Below, in pieces: positions 47,412 through 57,970 of a stretch of DNA of 64,000 nt. Each line of letters begins with the position of its first letter. Position 1 is the stretch's first letter. A program made the translations under genes and the position numbers. The stretch is from Candidatus Altimarinota bacterium (lineage in GTDB: Bacteria; Patescibacteriota; Gracilibacteria; 1-14-2-50-48-13). The notes below the pieces were generated by a model. The model saw only the letters and a list, made by a program, of their open reading frames with translations. It searched no databases and was not told the origin of the DNA. The DNA is taken from positions 928,001-992,000 of the forward strand of contig JBKBWQ010000001.1 in the NCBI GenBank assembly GCA_046314355.1, in the 5' to 3' direction.

Positions 47412-50400
47412 TTACAGTAGTTTATAGACTAAGATAGCATCAGATGAGATTCCAGTACCTACGATAAGATCAAGATCCTTATTCTTTACAGCCAGATCTC
47501 TAAAGTTTTTAAAAAGTTCCACTTTCTTTGTAAGTGTTTTCTGCGGAGTTTTATCAATAGTTTCTGTTTTATTATCATAGACAATATAGCCTATGCCAGA
47601 GTCTTTCAGAGTTTTGATAAATGCTTTCTCGTCCATCTCTGGGAGATAGTACTGCATGAAGACATCCAACTGATTGTCCGTGAGCATACGCCGGTCATTC
47701 TGAGGTGTATAATAAGGCATAAACGTTCCTATACGGTAGATTTTTACTGAAGGATCAACTTTCCGTATTTCACTAATAGCATTTGCGTATGGGACATTCA
47801 TCTGAGCCATAGCATCTTCCTCGTTATTGAGAATACCCGCCTTATAAAGGATAAAAGTAAGAGAGTCCGGCATCCCGTATTGTTTTCCCACTATTTCTGC
47901 TACCCCAGCCTGAGCAGCATTTTCAAAATCAGCCTTTGATATAGCTCTATCCATATAAAGACTACATGCTTTTGCCACAGCAGTCTGATCCTCTTCTCTT
48001 GTAATGAGAGACTGGATTGTGTTAGCAAGAATTTGTGCATTTGCAGGGTTATTTTTTGCTGTCTCACACTTTTCAACTATGGCTTTCCAGCTGCTTCCAA
48101 GCACTGGCACTTGTACATCATTTACAGTCATCTTATACGCATACATTGGTGTGATCCAGAACAACAGAATAAGCAGCACAATTGGTGCAAACCATTCTCT
48201 CTCAGCTGCATAGAGTTTTTCCAATCCTCTTTTAGCCAAAAGCAGTAAAGGAAGAAAACCAAGAATACCATACCAGATAACTCCATTGGCAAGATATGTC
48301 CATGTAAACCAGTATAGTAGAGTTGCAGCTACAAGTGCTTTTACATGCACAGGGTCCTCCTCATTGCTAGATAATCTCCATAGACCATACACTCCCGCAT
48401 ACATCAATCCTGTAATGACAAATATGATACCCTGACTATAGTCACCGAAAGCAGCAGGCAACGCCAATTTTGTACCTGAGACCGAGAACGCAAACAGCAT
48501 CAAAGCAAGTACTATTCCAATACCGAAATATATCTTTTCTAAACGGTTCTTTTTTCTGAGATCATTCAATACACCTGCCATAAATGCAAATGGAAGCAAC
48601 GCTAAGAATACCCATCCAATCGTAATATAGTCTCCTCTTTCATTCGTTCCCATAGTAGCATCAACTGGAAGAGTAGCATAAGAAAACACTCCCTTATCAA
48701 ACCCTCTATATCTTTGAAGTTCCTCTACCTGACTTCCTCCAGACTCTTCAAGTATCTTTTTAAGCTCTACAGCATCAGGATTGATAGGATTTTCAGTAGC
48801 TACAGAAACCTCCTTTGGAACAAGAGTAGGAGCTTTTAGTTTACCATAAAGCATACTGTTTAGCCCCTGAAACTTACACTGCTCTTTTACATCGCAATAG
48901 GAAGATGCATTGTATGCCATCCATGGAGCAAACATAAGGAAACTTATGATACCCATGAGCAGAAGCGCTTTTAGACTTTTCAAAATATCCTTTGATTTAC
49001 TAAATGCAAAGAATAGTACTCCAATACCAGATATGATTAATATCACTGCCGTCGGAGTTACCCATTCCTTTGGATAGACAATACCTCCAAGGCTAATAAT
49101 ATTTGCAGCAAAAAGAAATGCCGTAAAGAAGAGTGATATTGCTAATGCAAGTAAAGCTTTTCCATATTTCCATCCTATAAATACTGCAGCAAAAAAGAAG
49201 AAAATAAGTGCTGTAAATTTAATACCTAGCATACATCCAAGCAATACGCCGAGAAGTACAAGAATTCCTTTCTCTCTCTTTGACGTCTCCGCTTGAAAGT
49301 ATTCCATCATCAATATCAAAGATCCGCTTCCAAAGGCAGTCAGAGCAAGATCCACTTTCATGTCTTCAGAGAACTGAAACTGGAAGAATGGCGCGGCAGC
49401 AAAAACAGTAGTGAGAATAAGGGCTAAAGGCACCTGTGTTCCTTCAGATTCCTTGTATGAAAAAAGAAGATATATTCCCCAAATAGCAAGTAGTCCTCCT
49501 GCAAATGAATACAGCATTCCAAATGTTGCACTCCCAAATAATGAGAATCCAAGTGCCATGATAAGTCCCCAGCTATATGTTCCAAAACCGCTGACTAAAT
49601 GATGATACTGTGCAGTAAGATTTGGGAGATTCATATAAAGGGTAATATCATCCCACCCTATCGGCATTGGACGCAGCACATGCATAAATGATAAAGCGGC
49701 GAGCACCGCAATCAGTACCCCGCATGTCCAAAAGCTCACAGCTCCCAAAAGTGAATATACTTTTACTGTTTTAGTCGTCAGACTGTTCCATATACTTTTC
49801 CCTTCAAATATTATTCCTAGTAAAGCAGCAACTGCTATTAGTAGTTGTAAGACAGTTGTATGAAAGAGACCTGCCCATCCTATGAAAATCAACACTGTAC
49901 AAAGTACTGCGAAACCTCCAAGTATCTGAAGAAAGAATCTTTCAGCATTTCTAAATGATCCAAGTAATTTCCTGAAAACCAATCCAGCGCCTAATGCACT
50001 TAAGAAGAGTATTATAATGGAAAAAACTCCCATAATATATTTCTCCATGAATTTCACAAATACACTTCCCGCAGCAAACAAAGATACATCACTTACGCCA
50101 AGCTGCTGTCCTAACTGCGCAGGGATATCTTTTGCTGCTAATCCCAACTGCTCAAATATTCCACTGAAATATCCGAGCACATGGCTATACTCTAAGAAGA
50201 ATAGAATAGGTACCGCTACTAAAAAGATTGATAAAAAGGTAATTGGACGTACTCCAACAGTAATCTCTTTAACTCTTCTAAAAAATATGGTATACACAAT
50301 AAGACCAATAAGTCCTACTATCAAAAGGCATACCCAGAGCGGAGACATGCTTAAAAATTTTGAGCCCATATCCGAGAAGCGTACCCAAAAAGTACACATG

Positions 50401-50450
50401 CACAAAAATGCCCAGAAAAAGCACACAGTCGAAAATACAGATTTATTCAT
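47412..50450 (-). CDS. Large polytopic membrane protein, probable GT-C-fold glycosyltransferase
   Basis: About 20 TM segments; loop motif PIGWDDITLYMNLP, MKVDL, GIKFT and PWMAYN. Confidence 0.65.
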   Translation of the reverse strand: MNKSVFSTVCFFWAFLCMCTFWVRFSDMGSKFLSMSPLWVCLLIVGLIGLIVYTIFFRRVKEITVGVRPITFLSIFLVAVPILFFLEYSHVLGYFSGIFEQLGLAAKDIPAQLGQQLGVSDVSLFAAGSVFVKFMEKYIMGVFSIIILFLSALGAGLVFRKLLGSFRNAERFFLQILGGFAVLCTVLIFIGWAGLFHTTVLQLLIAVAALLGIIFEGKSIWNSLTTKTVKVYSLLGAVSFWTCGVLIAVLAALSFMHVLRPMPIGWDDITLYMNLPNLTAQYHHLVSGFGTYSWGLIMALGFSLFGSATFGMLYSFAGGLLAIWGIYLLFSYKESEGTQVPLALILTTVFAAAPFFQFQFSEDMKVDLALTAFGSGSLILMMEYFQAETSKREKGILVLLGVLLGCMLGIKFTALIFFFFAAVFIGWKYGKALLALAISLFFTAFLFAANIISLGGIVYPKEWVTPTAVILIISGIGVLFFAFSKSKDILKSLKALLLMGIISFLMFAPWMAYNASSYCDVKEQCKFQGLNSMLYGKLKAPTLVPKEVSVATENPINPDAVELKKILEESGGSQVEELQRYRGFDKGVFSYATLPVDATMGTNERGDYITIGWVFLALLPFAFMAGVLNDLRKKNRLEKIYFGIGIVLALMLFAFSVSGTKLALPAAFGDYSQGIIFVITGLMYAGVYGLWRLSSNEEDPVHVKALVAATLLYWFTWTYLANGVIWYGILGFLPLLLLAKRGLEKLYAAEREWFAPIVLLILLFWITPMYAYKMTVNDVQVPVLGSSWKAIVEKCETAKNNPANAQILANTIQSLITREEDQTAVAKACSLYMDRAISKADFENAAQAGVAEIVGKQYGMPDSLTFILYKAGILNNEEDAMAQMNVPYANAISEIRKVDPSVKIYRIGTFMPYYTPQNDRRMLTDNQLDVFMQYYLPEMDEKAFIKTLKDSGIGYIVYDNKTETIDKTPQKTLTKKVELFKNFRDLAVKNKDLDLIVGTGISSDAILVYKLL

Positions 50451-50517
50451 AGAAAATGGAAAATAACGTACATGTAGTATAGAAAATATTTTTCACCTAG
50501 TAAACGAGAAATCAATT

Positions 50518-51297
50518 ATGCAAGCTACCTCCGAAGAAAATATAGTCTCCTCTTCTTCATCTAAACAGGAAGTTTTTCAGAAGACAACTCACGTAAAAGA
50601 TATTACATCTGAAAAACGAGAAGGTAAAATAGTATATATTATTATTCCCATGTTCAATGAAGCACGCAATATCATACCTGTAGTTGAGAACTGCAGACGT
50701 GCAGGATTTGCACATCTCCTCATTGTAGATGACGGATCTTATGATAATACTAGAGCTCTCGCAGAGAAATGCGGTGTAGAGATCATCTCTCATATTATCA
50801 ATCGTGGACAAGGTGCCGCAGTTCAGACAGGTATACTTGCCGCTCTAGAGAGAGGTGCAGAGATTATCGTCACAATGGATGGAGACCAGCAGTTCAACCC
50901 CTCTAATATTCCAGGCATCATTAATCCTCTCCTTAAGAAAGAGGCAGACATAGTCATCGGCAGCAGATTTAAGCAGAAAAATAACATCCCTTTCACAAGA
51001 AGATTCTTCAATTATATTGCAAACATCATCACTTTTTTCTTATCAGGAATTTGGCTATCTGACTCTCAGTCAGGATTCAAAGGATTCTCTAAAAAAGCCG
51101 CTGAACAGATCGATATCCATACAAGCGGATATGAATTTTGTACTGAGATTGTAAGAGAAATAGCATCATTAAAACTCAAACATATAGAAGTGCCTGTTGA
51201 TGTGTACTATACTGAAGAGAGTCTACGTAAAGGACAAAACTTCGCTCAAGGTATCAAAACTGCAGCAAAACTTTTAGTACGTAGCCTCATGTATTAA
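50518..51297 (+). CDS. GT2 glycosyltransferase (polyprenyl-phosphate sugar synthase-like)
   Basis: IIPMFNE, VDDGSYD, NRGQGAA, MDGDQQ, GSRF and DSQSGFK. Confidence 0.92.
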   Translation: MQATSEENIVSSSSSKQEVFQKTTHVKDITSEKREGKIVYIIIPMFNEARNIIPVVENCRRAGFAHLLIVDDGSYDNTRALAEKCGVEIISHIINRGQGAAVQTGILAALERGAEIIVTMDGDQQFNPSNIPGIINPLLKKEADIVIGSRFKQKNNIPFTRRFFNYIANIITFFLSGIWLSDSQSGFKGFSKKAAEQIDIHTSGYEFCTEIVREIASLKLKHIEVPVDVYYTEESLRKGQNFAQGIKTAAKLLVRSLMY

Positions 51298-51638
51298 TGG
51301 ACCTCGCCTTATACCAAATTATCGTCCCACTCCTTTGTCTCCTGCTTATAACAAAAGCATTCAGCAATTTTTTCCGCGGCAAAAAAACAATCCGTGAACT
51401 AATCGCACTCAGTATTTTCTGGCTGCTTGTAGCACTTATCGCAATCTTCCCTTCTCTTACAGAGAAGCTCGCCTTTGTGTTAGGTATTAAGAGTAACGTA
51501 AATGCCGTTGTGTTTACATTACTCGGTATGCTCTCTTATATCTGCTTTCGACTCCTTGTAGTATCTGAGAATCAGGAACAAGAGCTTACACGTCTTACAC
51601 GGGCATTGGCGCTTAGGGATTTCAAGGAGAAGAAGTAA
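51297..51638 (+). CDS. DUF2304-like small membrane protein
   Basis: 3 TM, AIFPSLTEKLAFVLGI and ELTRLTRALAL; translationally coupled to the GT2 gene. Confidence 0.8.
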   Translation: MDLALYQIIVPLLCLLLITKAFSNFFRGKKTIRELIALSIFWLLVALIAIFPSLTEKLAFVLGIKSNVNAVVFTLLGMLSYICFRLLVVSENQEQELTRLTRALALRDFKEKK

Positions 51639-51650
51639 CATTCCTTTAAG

Positions 51651-54600
51651 TTATACATCTTCAAGTGGTATTATGTATACGTCTCTATAAGTATAGGGAT
51701 GTGGATCATATGAAAACGCTATTTCTTTTTCTAGAGATCTTTTCTGATATTGTTTTTCTCTAATAATATCTATTATTTGTGTGCGATTTGAATGAATAGA
51801 ACTAGATTCTGGAATCCAAATGCTTTTACACCCGGCGATTTTTGCTATCTGTACCGCAAACTCTATAAATTTATCGTAAATATCCTTTGCTTTCGTGACT
51901 GAAAGTAAATCCAGTGATGGATTTATACCGGGAAGTGAAAGATATTTTTCTCCTTCATAGGTTACAAAATAAAAGTGCATTCCTCCCATAGCACGTTGCA
52001 TTTCTGTATCAAAACAGATTGCATTCATAAACTCAGGAGTATTCCAAAGCTTTTTGTCAGGAGCCACGCAAACTCCCATATTATACCCTGCAAGACTATG
52101 ACTTTTTCGTTTTGAAATAACAAAATGCAGTTCTCTTTCCTTCTCTTTGCCAGATGTTTCAAAATTAAATTTATTAAGCTCCTTTAGCATTTTATCATTT
52201 GTTTCCTGCACAAGTTTTACACCAATCATTCGTGGCAGTTCCTCAGAGATATCTTTTTTCATCCGGACAGATAATATCTCTTCAAGTTCTTCCTTGTTCT
52301 CTACAGCCAATACTTCATCCACCGTAAGAAGATATTTATCCTGCCAGATCTTCCTGAATTTTTGATCTATTTCTGTACTTGGTTTTGATACATATGTCTC
52401 TCTCATCTTCCATACGTGCATTGCAACATTTGTAATATCTTTGATACTTATTCGTGATTTTAACTGATCACAAAGTTCTGTATATTCTTTTGGAAATGAC
52501 TCTGTATAGGCCTGAATAGATTTTTTTACATAATCACTTTTGATTCGGTCACCTATAAATTCCTTATACTTCATTAGTTCAGTTATGGAAAATCCTGGAG
52601 TTTCAGACAAGCGCATACCTCCTATTACTTCATGCCGGTACATAAGTTTCCATAGTGCCTTTTGAGGTACTGGTTCCGGAGATCGATACCATTCAATCAA
52701 CTGCGTACCAATATTCGAAAGATCCTCTTCTAATACTCCTTCCTTTTCTTCCTTGTGGACTTCTCTAATTACTTCAGATAATTGATTCCATTGACGCATA
52801 TCTAGCTCAGCACCACTTTCAAGCACCATTTTACCCGTTGATACTGAGAAACTGCTTTTTGCTTCAATAAGCGGCATTTTTTCCTGAAAGATGTGATCAA
52901 CGTCACTTTGTCTATCTTCTCTACTTGCATAGAGCGAGAGCATCTCTTCTTTTTTTATACCTATTGCCGGAGGAAATACATCATATAATACAGCTTCCCA
53001 GATCTTCTTTTCTTCTTCATGAGAAACTGCATCTTCACCGTCAGCAATGTCTTTTCTAAAAGACTGAATAGTTTTTTTTAACCTCATTAAATCTTTTTCT
53101 TTTGTAAAACTTTCGTTCACAATATCTATATATTTTTCAAATATTTCAGGAGACACAAGCTCAACATCTTCTAAGTAGCCATAAAATATTTTCTGTTTCT
53201 CTACGGTATCCGGGATAAATTTCTGTTCTGTTATAAGGGGATAAAGCAGCTCAGAAAATACGCTCAGTGCTTTGACACCAGTACGTTTGCAAATACTTAC
53301 AAGAAACTGAATATCAAGATTCAAATCCTTCATCTCTTCAAGCACGGAAAAAATTCTGAATGCCCCATCTCCTTGCGAATTCAGAATAGAAGATACTTCT
53401 TTTTTATAGGTAATTTGAGGATATTGTTTGAAAAGTAAGGCAATACCATTTACAGTATATAGTCCTGTTTCAGGCATATTACATATTGATTCGATATGCT
53501 CTCGAGGAGTATCAACTGGTAAATAAGAATGATATATTTCTGAAAAATCCCTAGCTTCCAAAATAAATTTTTCTCTTTCTTCTATCAAAATTTTATTATT
53601 TCCAGTACGTAGCAACTTCATCGCAACAGGTTTATGTAGAAATTGCGGAAGCCAATCAATAAGTATTGTTAAACCCTTTGGTGTAGTATTTTGAACTAAA
53701 AGCGGACCAACTTCTTTATAATCAAGATTTGAAAGATATTTTAAATTATAGATAACTGTACTAGTATCACCTCCTGATTTCAGAAATCTCAATACAACTT
53801 CAGTTGCATTCTGAGCAGGAAAAAGCGAAAAATTTGAAATAATAACATCTTCCTGTGATGTTTCTGCGAGTCTTTTTGCTAATTTTTCAGGTTTAAGTGA
53901 TGGAAATTTTTTGATATTTTTAGTTAACTCTCCTAATAACTCTGGCTTAGTCAGCAGTAGATTAATAATTTTTTTAGAATCAATTGGTACAAATTTCTCG
54001 AAGTACCTTATCACCTCTTTCGCTGCATCTGCTTCAATGAGCCTTTCTGCAAATGTAGTAAAATTCGTTATGGAAAAATTTTCTAGAAATTGAGGTATTG
54101 CAAATGCTTTTCCATATTCAAAAAAGGCCTCAATGATTTTTTCTTTGTCTACTTTTAAAAGACTCCCTAAAGTTTTAGCTACCAATTCATAATGACCAGC
54201 ATGAATAAAAAGTATAACTGTCTCATCGGATAAGACTGAGAGTTTATCTTCCCTTTTAAAAATTATACTTCCCTTGTTGATCAGAAGAGCTTCACGGGCA
54301 ATTTCTTCATAGTCAATGTCACTAAATGAATCAAGAAACTCTATTACTTTTTCAATATATCCTTTTTGAATAAGGAGAATAGCAATCTCCATATTAAGGT
54401 TTTTATAATTCATAAGATTTTCTGCCAAAGCTTTTTCATTACCTTGGGATATCAAATCTCGAGCTATCTCATTCGGAGAAATTTCTGAAAAAAGACTAAA
54501 ACATTCGGCTAAATATTTCCCTTTTCCATTTCCTAGTAAAGTCTTTGCTAATTGCCTTTGGTCAATACTTGGGAAGTTCTCTAAACAAGCGGCAATATAT

Positions 54601-55538
54601 TCTTCCTTCTTTGCTGCAAATAAATATTGAGCAAAATCCATAGGATCAGTATCAGTAAAATTCTTGATATACTGAGCTACAACGAATTCTAGATTTAATG
54701 ATATTAGTCTATCCAGAATCCTTTTTTGATCCACACCCGGAAATAAATAAAGATATTTAGCTATATTCATAGGTGTTTCAAAACGTTCCAAATGACCTTT
54801 TTCCAAAATTTCATTCAATACTTCTTGATCAAAAGGAGCAAAAGGAATCAACCTCTCCCAGAGGAGACAGTTTGCACTGAGGCTAAACAAAAATCTATCT
54901 ATGATATCTAAAGCAATACGCTTACGGGCATTGTCACTGATGTATGGAATAATATCCAAAAGCTCCTGTTTACTTAGTGTTTTTACTAACCACTCCTCAA
55001 CCTTTTCATTGAGTGGAGCTAATATTTTGATGTTATATCGAATATAACTACCCAAACCCATTTCAATCAATTTTTCAGGTATCTCATCTAGCGTTATAAA
55101 TGGAAATTTCTTTATATTTTTTACGGCAAAGCTGATATTTCCAATTTGTAGTAGCCTCTCAAAGAGATTTTCATAGTTAATACCTGTAAACTTTTTTGCA
55201 TGATTTACTACTATTTTATATCCCCAAAATTTAAACAACAAATCCACTACTTCATTATCCAGCCCAATAAACTTTTTAATATTCTTAGTAAAGACAGTCA
55301 TTTTTCTCGATCTGATAAGCATCATGGCTTCTTTTTTGCCAAAAACTCTTCCGTTTTCCAGACCGGATATAATCTCATCTAATGTATATTCTTTATTTTC
55401 AAGTACTGTTTTTATAGCCTCATTAGTAGTGTTTACAGTCTCTTGGTCTATTTCCTTATTAACTTTCTTAGATTCCAAAACTCGATCTTCAGCTGAAGAG
55501 TCTTCTCGTTCTGATTGATTTAAAGCTTTTTTTGGCAT
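51651..55538 (-). CDS. Large helical-repeat hypothetical protein
   Basis: About 25-aa repeats (ia..Li..G....va..l..F); distinct C-terminal alpha/beta region (MGVCVA...LPGINPS). Confidence 0.75.
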   Translation of the reverse strand: MPKKALNQSEREDSSAEDRVLESKKVNKEIDQETVNTTNEAIKTVLENKEYTLDEIISGLENGRVFGKKEAMMLIRSRKMTVFTKNIKKFIGLDNEVVDLLFKFWGYKIVVNHAKKFTGINYENLFERLLQIGNISFAVKNIKKFPFITLDEIPEKLIEMGLGSYIRYNIKILAPLNEKVEEWLVKTLSKQELLDIIPYISDNARKRIALDIIDRFLFSLSANCLLWERLIPFAPFDQEVLNEILEKGHLERFETPMNIAKYLYLFPGVDQKRILDRLISLNLEFVVAQYIKNFTDTDPMDFAQYLFAAKKEEYIAACLENFPSIDQRQLAKTLLGNGKGKYLAECFSLFSEISPNEIARDLISQGNEKALAENLMNYKNLNMEIAILLIQKGYIEKVIEFLDSFSDIDYEEIAREALLINKGSIIFKREDKLSVLSDETVILFIHAGHYELVAKTLGSLLKVDKEKIIEAFFEYGKAFAIPQFLENFSITNFTTFAERLIEADAAKEVIRYFEKFVPIDSKKIINLLLTKPELLGELTKNIKKFPSLKPEKLAKRLAETSQEDVIISNFSLFPAQNATEVVLRFLKSGGDTSTVIYNLKYLSNLDYKEVGPLLVQNTTPKGLTILIDWLPQFLHKPVAMKLLRTGNNKILIEEREKFILEARDFSEIYHSYLPVDTPREHIESICNMPETGLYTVNGIALLFKQYPQITYKKEVSSILNSQGDGAFRIFSVLEEMKDLNLDIQFLVSICKRTGVKALSVFSELLYPLITEQKFIPDTVEKQKIFYGYLEDVELVSPEIFEKYIDIVNESFTKEKDLMRLKKTIQSFRKDIADGEDAVSHEEEKKIWEAVLYDVFPPAIGIKKEEMLSLYASREDRQSDVDHIFQEKMPLIEAKSSFSVSTGKMVLESGAELDMRQWNQLSEVIREVHKEEKEGVLEEDLSNIGTQLIEWYRSPEPVPQKALWKLMYRHEVIGGMRLSETPGFSITELMKYKEFIGDRIKSDYVKKSIQAYTESFPKEYTELCDQLKSRISIKDITNVAMHVWKMRETYVSKPSTEIDQKFRKIWQDKYLLTVDEVLAVENKEELEEILSVRMKKDISEELPRMIGVKLVQETNDKMLKELNKFNFETSGKEKERELHFVISKRKSHSLAGYNMGVCVAPDKKLWNTPEFMNAICFDTEMQRAMGGMHFYFVTYEGEKYLSLPGINPSLDLLSVTKAKDIYDKFIEFAVQIAKIAGCKSIWIPESSSIHSNRTQIIDIIREKQYQKRSLEKEIAFSYDPHPYTYRDVYIIPLEDV

Positions 55539-55640
55539 GCTGAAAAATAGTATCTACTACTTATAGTATATCATTTTTTTCAAGATAGTGTTCCTTTTAC
55601 AGCCTCACAAAAAGGAGGCATTACAAAATTATTTTCAAAT

Positions 55641-55672
55641 AAAAAAAGCACCCCAATCGGAGTGCTTTTTTT
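55641..55672 (-). terminator. Terminator of the ribosomal operon after rpsI
   Basis: Minus strand GCACTCC-gatt-GGGGTGC followed by T7. Confidence 0.8.
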
Positions 55673-55700
55673 GACCTGAGCCAAATCGCGTTTGAGGCGA

Positions 55701-56105
55701 TTAACGCTTTGCCCACTGTGGAGCTCTTCGTGCTTTTCTTAAGCCCGGTTTCTTTCGCTCAACCACTCGGGCATCACGGGAGAGAAGACCTGCTTCCTTA
55801 AGCATTGGCTTAAGAGTCTCATCGTTCATAAGGAGAGTCTTAGCAATACCATATCGGCATGCTTCAGCCTGTCCGCTCTTACCTCCTCCAAGTACCTTGA
55901 TACTGAAGCTGAATTTCTTTTTGCTTTCAGTAAGCTTAAGAGGAAAAGTTACAACGTCGATAAGAAAAGGATCTGTAACGAAGTCTTTAATATCTTTTCC
56001 GTTGATCACGATTTCTCCATCACCTTCATAGAGACGTACCTGTGCTGTAGAAGTCTTTCTCTTTCCAACAGCGTAAACATATTTCTTGGAAGTATCCATA
56101 TTCAT
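55701..56105 (-). CDS. rpsI: 30S ribosomal protein S9
   Basis: GKRKTS, GGGKSGQA and ERKKPGLRKARRAPQWAKR. Confidence 0.98.
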   Translation of the reverse strand: MNMDTSKKYVYAVGKRKTSTAQVRLYEGDGEIVINGKDIKDFVTDPFLIDVVTFPLKLTESKKKFSFSIKVLGGGKSGQAEACRYGIAKTLLMNDETLKPMLKEAGLLSRDARVVERKKPGLRKARRAPQWAKR

Positions 56106-56112
56106 TCAACAA

Positions 56113-56544
56113 TTATACAAGTAAAGGCTCTGGGTTCTGGCCACTATGCGTATGCTCAGTTCCTAAAAATAATTTAAGTCTCGCAAGCTTATCTTTTCGA
56201 AGCTTGTTCTTTGGAAGCATTCCAGATACTGCATCTGAAAGGATTCTCTTTGGATCTCTCTCCTGAACTTCAGAGAAAGTCTGAGTCTTAAAGTGACCAA
56301 GGTATCCAGTATGGTTATAGTAGAGCTTTCCCTCTGACTTATTTCCAGTTACTTTTACTTTTCCTGCATTTAAGACGATAACATAATCGCCTGAATCCAC
56401 ATGATAGTTAAAAGCAGCCTTGTTCTTTCCATTAATCACTCGTGCAATTGCAGTTGCAAGTCGACCAAGTGTTTTTCCTTCAGCATCAACGACATACCAT
56501 TTTCGGTCTCGTGTTGTTAGAGGTTTAATTGCAGTGGTTTTCAT
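56113..56544 (-). CDS. rplM: 50S ribosomal protein L13
   Basis: WYVVDAEGKTLGRLA, GDYVIVLNA and GMLPKN. Confidence 0.98.
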   Translation of the reverse strand: MKTTAIKPLTTRDRKWYVVDAEGKTLGRLATAIARVINGKNKAAFNYHVDSGDYVIVLNAGKVKVTGNKSEGKLYYNHTGYLGHFKTQTFSEVQERDPKRILSDAVSGMLPKNKLRKDKLARLKLFLGTEHTHSGQNPEPLLV

Positions 56545-56549
56545 GAGTT

Positions 56550-56903
56550 TTAAACTAATTCAATTAAAACAAGAGAAGCTCCGTCTCCTTTTCGAAGACC
56601 TACTTTTACTCTTCGTGTGAATCCTGATGAACGATCCTTGAACCGCTCAAGAAGAACTTCTATTACTTTTCTAGATGAAGCTTCAGTATAAAGGAAGCTT
56701 TTAAGTTCTCTAATCTGATTAAAGAGCTCTTTTCCTTTAAGCGATGCGATCATGCTTTCAAAAGCATTCTGTAAAGCTTTCGCCTTAGCATCTGTAGTTA
56801 CAATTCTCTCATGCAGGATAAGAGATGCAACCTGGTTTCTGATAAGAGCATTTCTGTGAGAAGCTTCTCTTTTCAGCTTGGGTACGTTATTTCTGTGTCT
56901 CAT
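56550..56903 (-). CDS. rplQ: 50S ribosomal protein L17
   Basis: MRHR...HERIVTTDAKAK...SGFTR...RKGDGA. Confidence 0.97.
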   Translation of the reverse strand: MRHRNNVPKLKREASHRNALIRNQVASLILHERIVTTDAKAKALQNAFESMIASLKGKELFNQIRELKSFLYTEASSRKVIEVLLERFKDRSSGFTRRVKVGLRKGDGASLVLIELV

Positions 56904-56939
56904 ATGAAAATAAAAATCTAATAGTAAGTTGTGTGATAA

Positions 56940-57926
56940 TTAATCTTCTCCGAAGAGTTTTAATCCTTTTGTCTTAAGTGCTTCTTTAACTTCCGTCATA
57001 GCTTTCTTACCAAATCCGCGAAGATTAGTAAGTTTGCTCTCAGTACATTTAGTAAGCTGCTCAATAGAACCAATTCCTCCATTGATGAGCGCATTAAGCG
57101 TTCGAGGAGAAAGATTCAGGATTTCAATAGGAGTATATGTCTCCTTTGCCTTCTCAAGTGCCTTTTCCTTCTCTTCCTGCTCTTTTACCATGATCTCGTC
57201 TACGTTTGCTACGAAATCCTGCTCCACAAGGATACCATCCTTATTAAAGAGAGAGAAATAAGAAGTAAGAAGGTTTGAAGCAAACCGAAGTGCATCCTGA
57301 GCAGATATTGCATTGTCTGTCTCAATTTCGATATCTACCTTATCAAGATCAGTTCTTTGTCCTACTCGTGCACTTGTAACTTCATACTGTACTTTCATGA
57401 TTGGAGAGAAACTTGCGTCCACAAGTATAAGACCTGTATCTTCATTTTCTTTCTTTAACTCTGCAATAGATTTGTATCCTACACCCTTCTCAACACGAAT
57501 TTCCATGTCGAGTTCAGTACCTGTATCAAGCGCAGTAATGTAGAGATCCTTATTTAGTATTTCTACATCGTTACTTGCTGTAATATCAGCAGCAGTTACA
57601 GTTCCTTCTTTTTTCACTTTGAGTTTCAACATTGTTGGCTCAGAAGTATGTTTTTTTACACGAAGCTGTTTGAGATTCAAAAGGATATCTAGGATACTAT
57701 CCTGAATTCCTGGCACAGTAGTGAACTCATGTGCAACACCTTTGATCTTGACTCCTGTTACAGCTGCACCAGGAAGTGAAGATAAGAGAGCTCTGCGAAG
57801 TGCATTTCCAATAGTAGTTCCATATCCCGCAGGAAGCGGCTCCATTGTAAAAAGTGCATGCCAGTCACCGCTAAGTACCTTGTGAACAATTTTTGGAGTT
57901 CCAATTTCAGTATGTATCAAATGCAT
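56940..57926 (-). CDS. rpoA: RNA polymerase alpha subunit
   Basis: EPLPAGYGTTIGNALRRALLSS, DASFSPI, RVGQRTD and alpha-CTD LSPRTLNAL. Confidence 0.98.
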   Translation of the reverse strand: MHLIHTEIGTPKIVHKVLSGDWHALFTMEPLPAGYGTTIGNALRRALLSSLPGAAVTGVKIKGVAHEFTTVPGIQDSILDILLNLKQLRVKKHTSEPTMLKLKVKKEGTVTAADITASNDVEILNKDLYITALDTGTELDMEIRVEKGVGYKSIAELKKENEDTGLILVDASFSPIMKVQYEVTSARVGQRTDLDKVDIEIETDNAISAQDALRFASNLLTSYFSLFNKDGILVEQDFVANVDEIMVKEQEEKEKALEKAKETYTPIEILNLSPRTLNALINGGIGSIEQLTKCTESKLTNLRGFGKKAMTEVKEALKTKGLKLFGED

Positions 57927-57970
57927 AGAGAAGCGGTTTAAAAGTAAAGAAAATGTGAGGTGGAGGAGAA

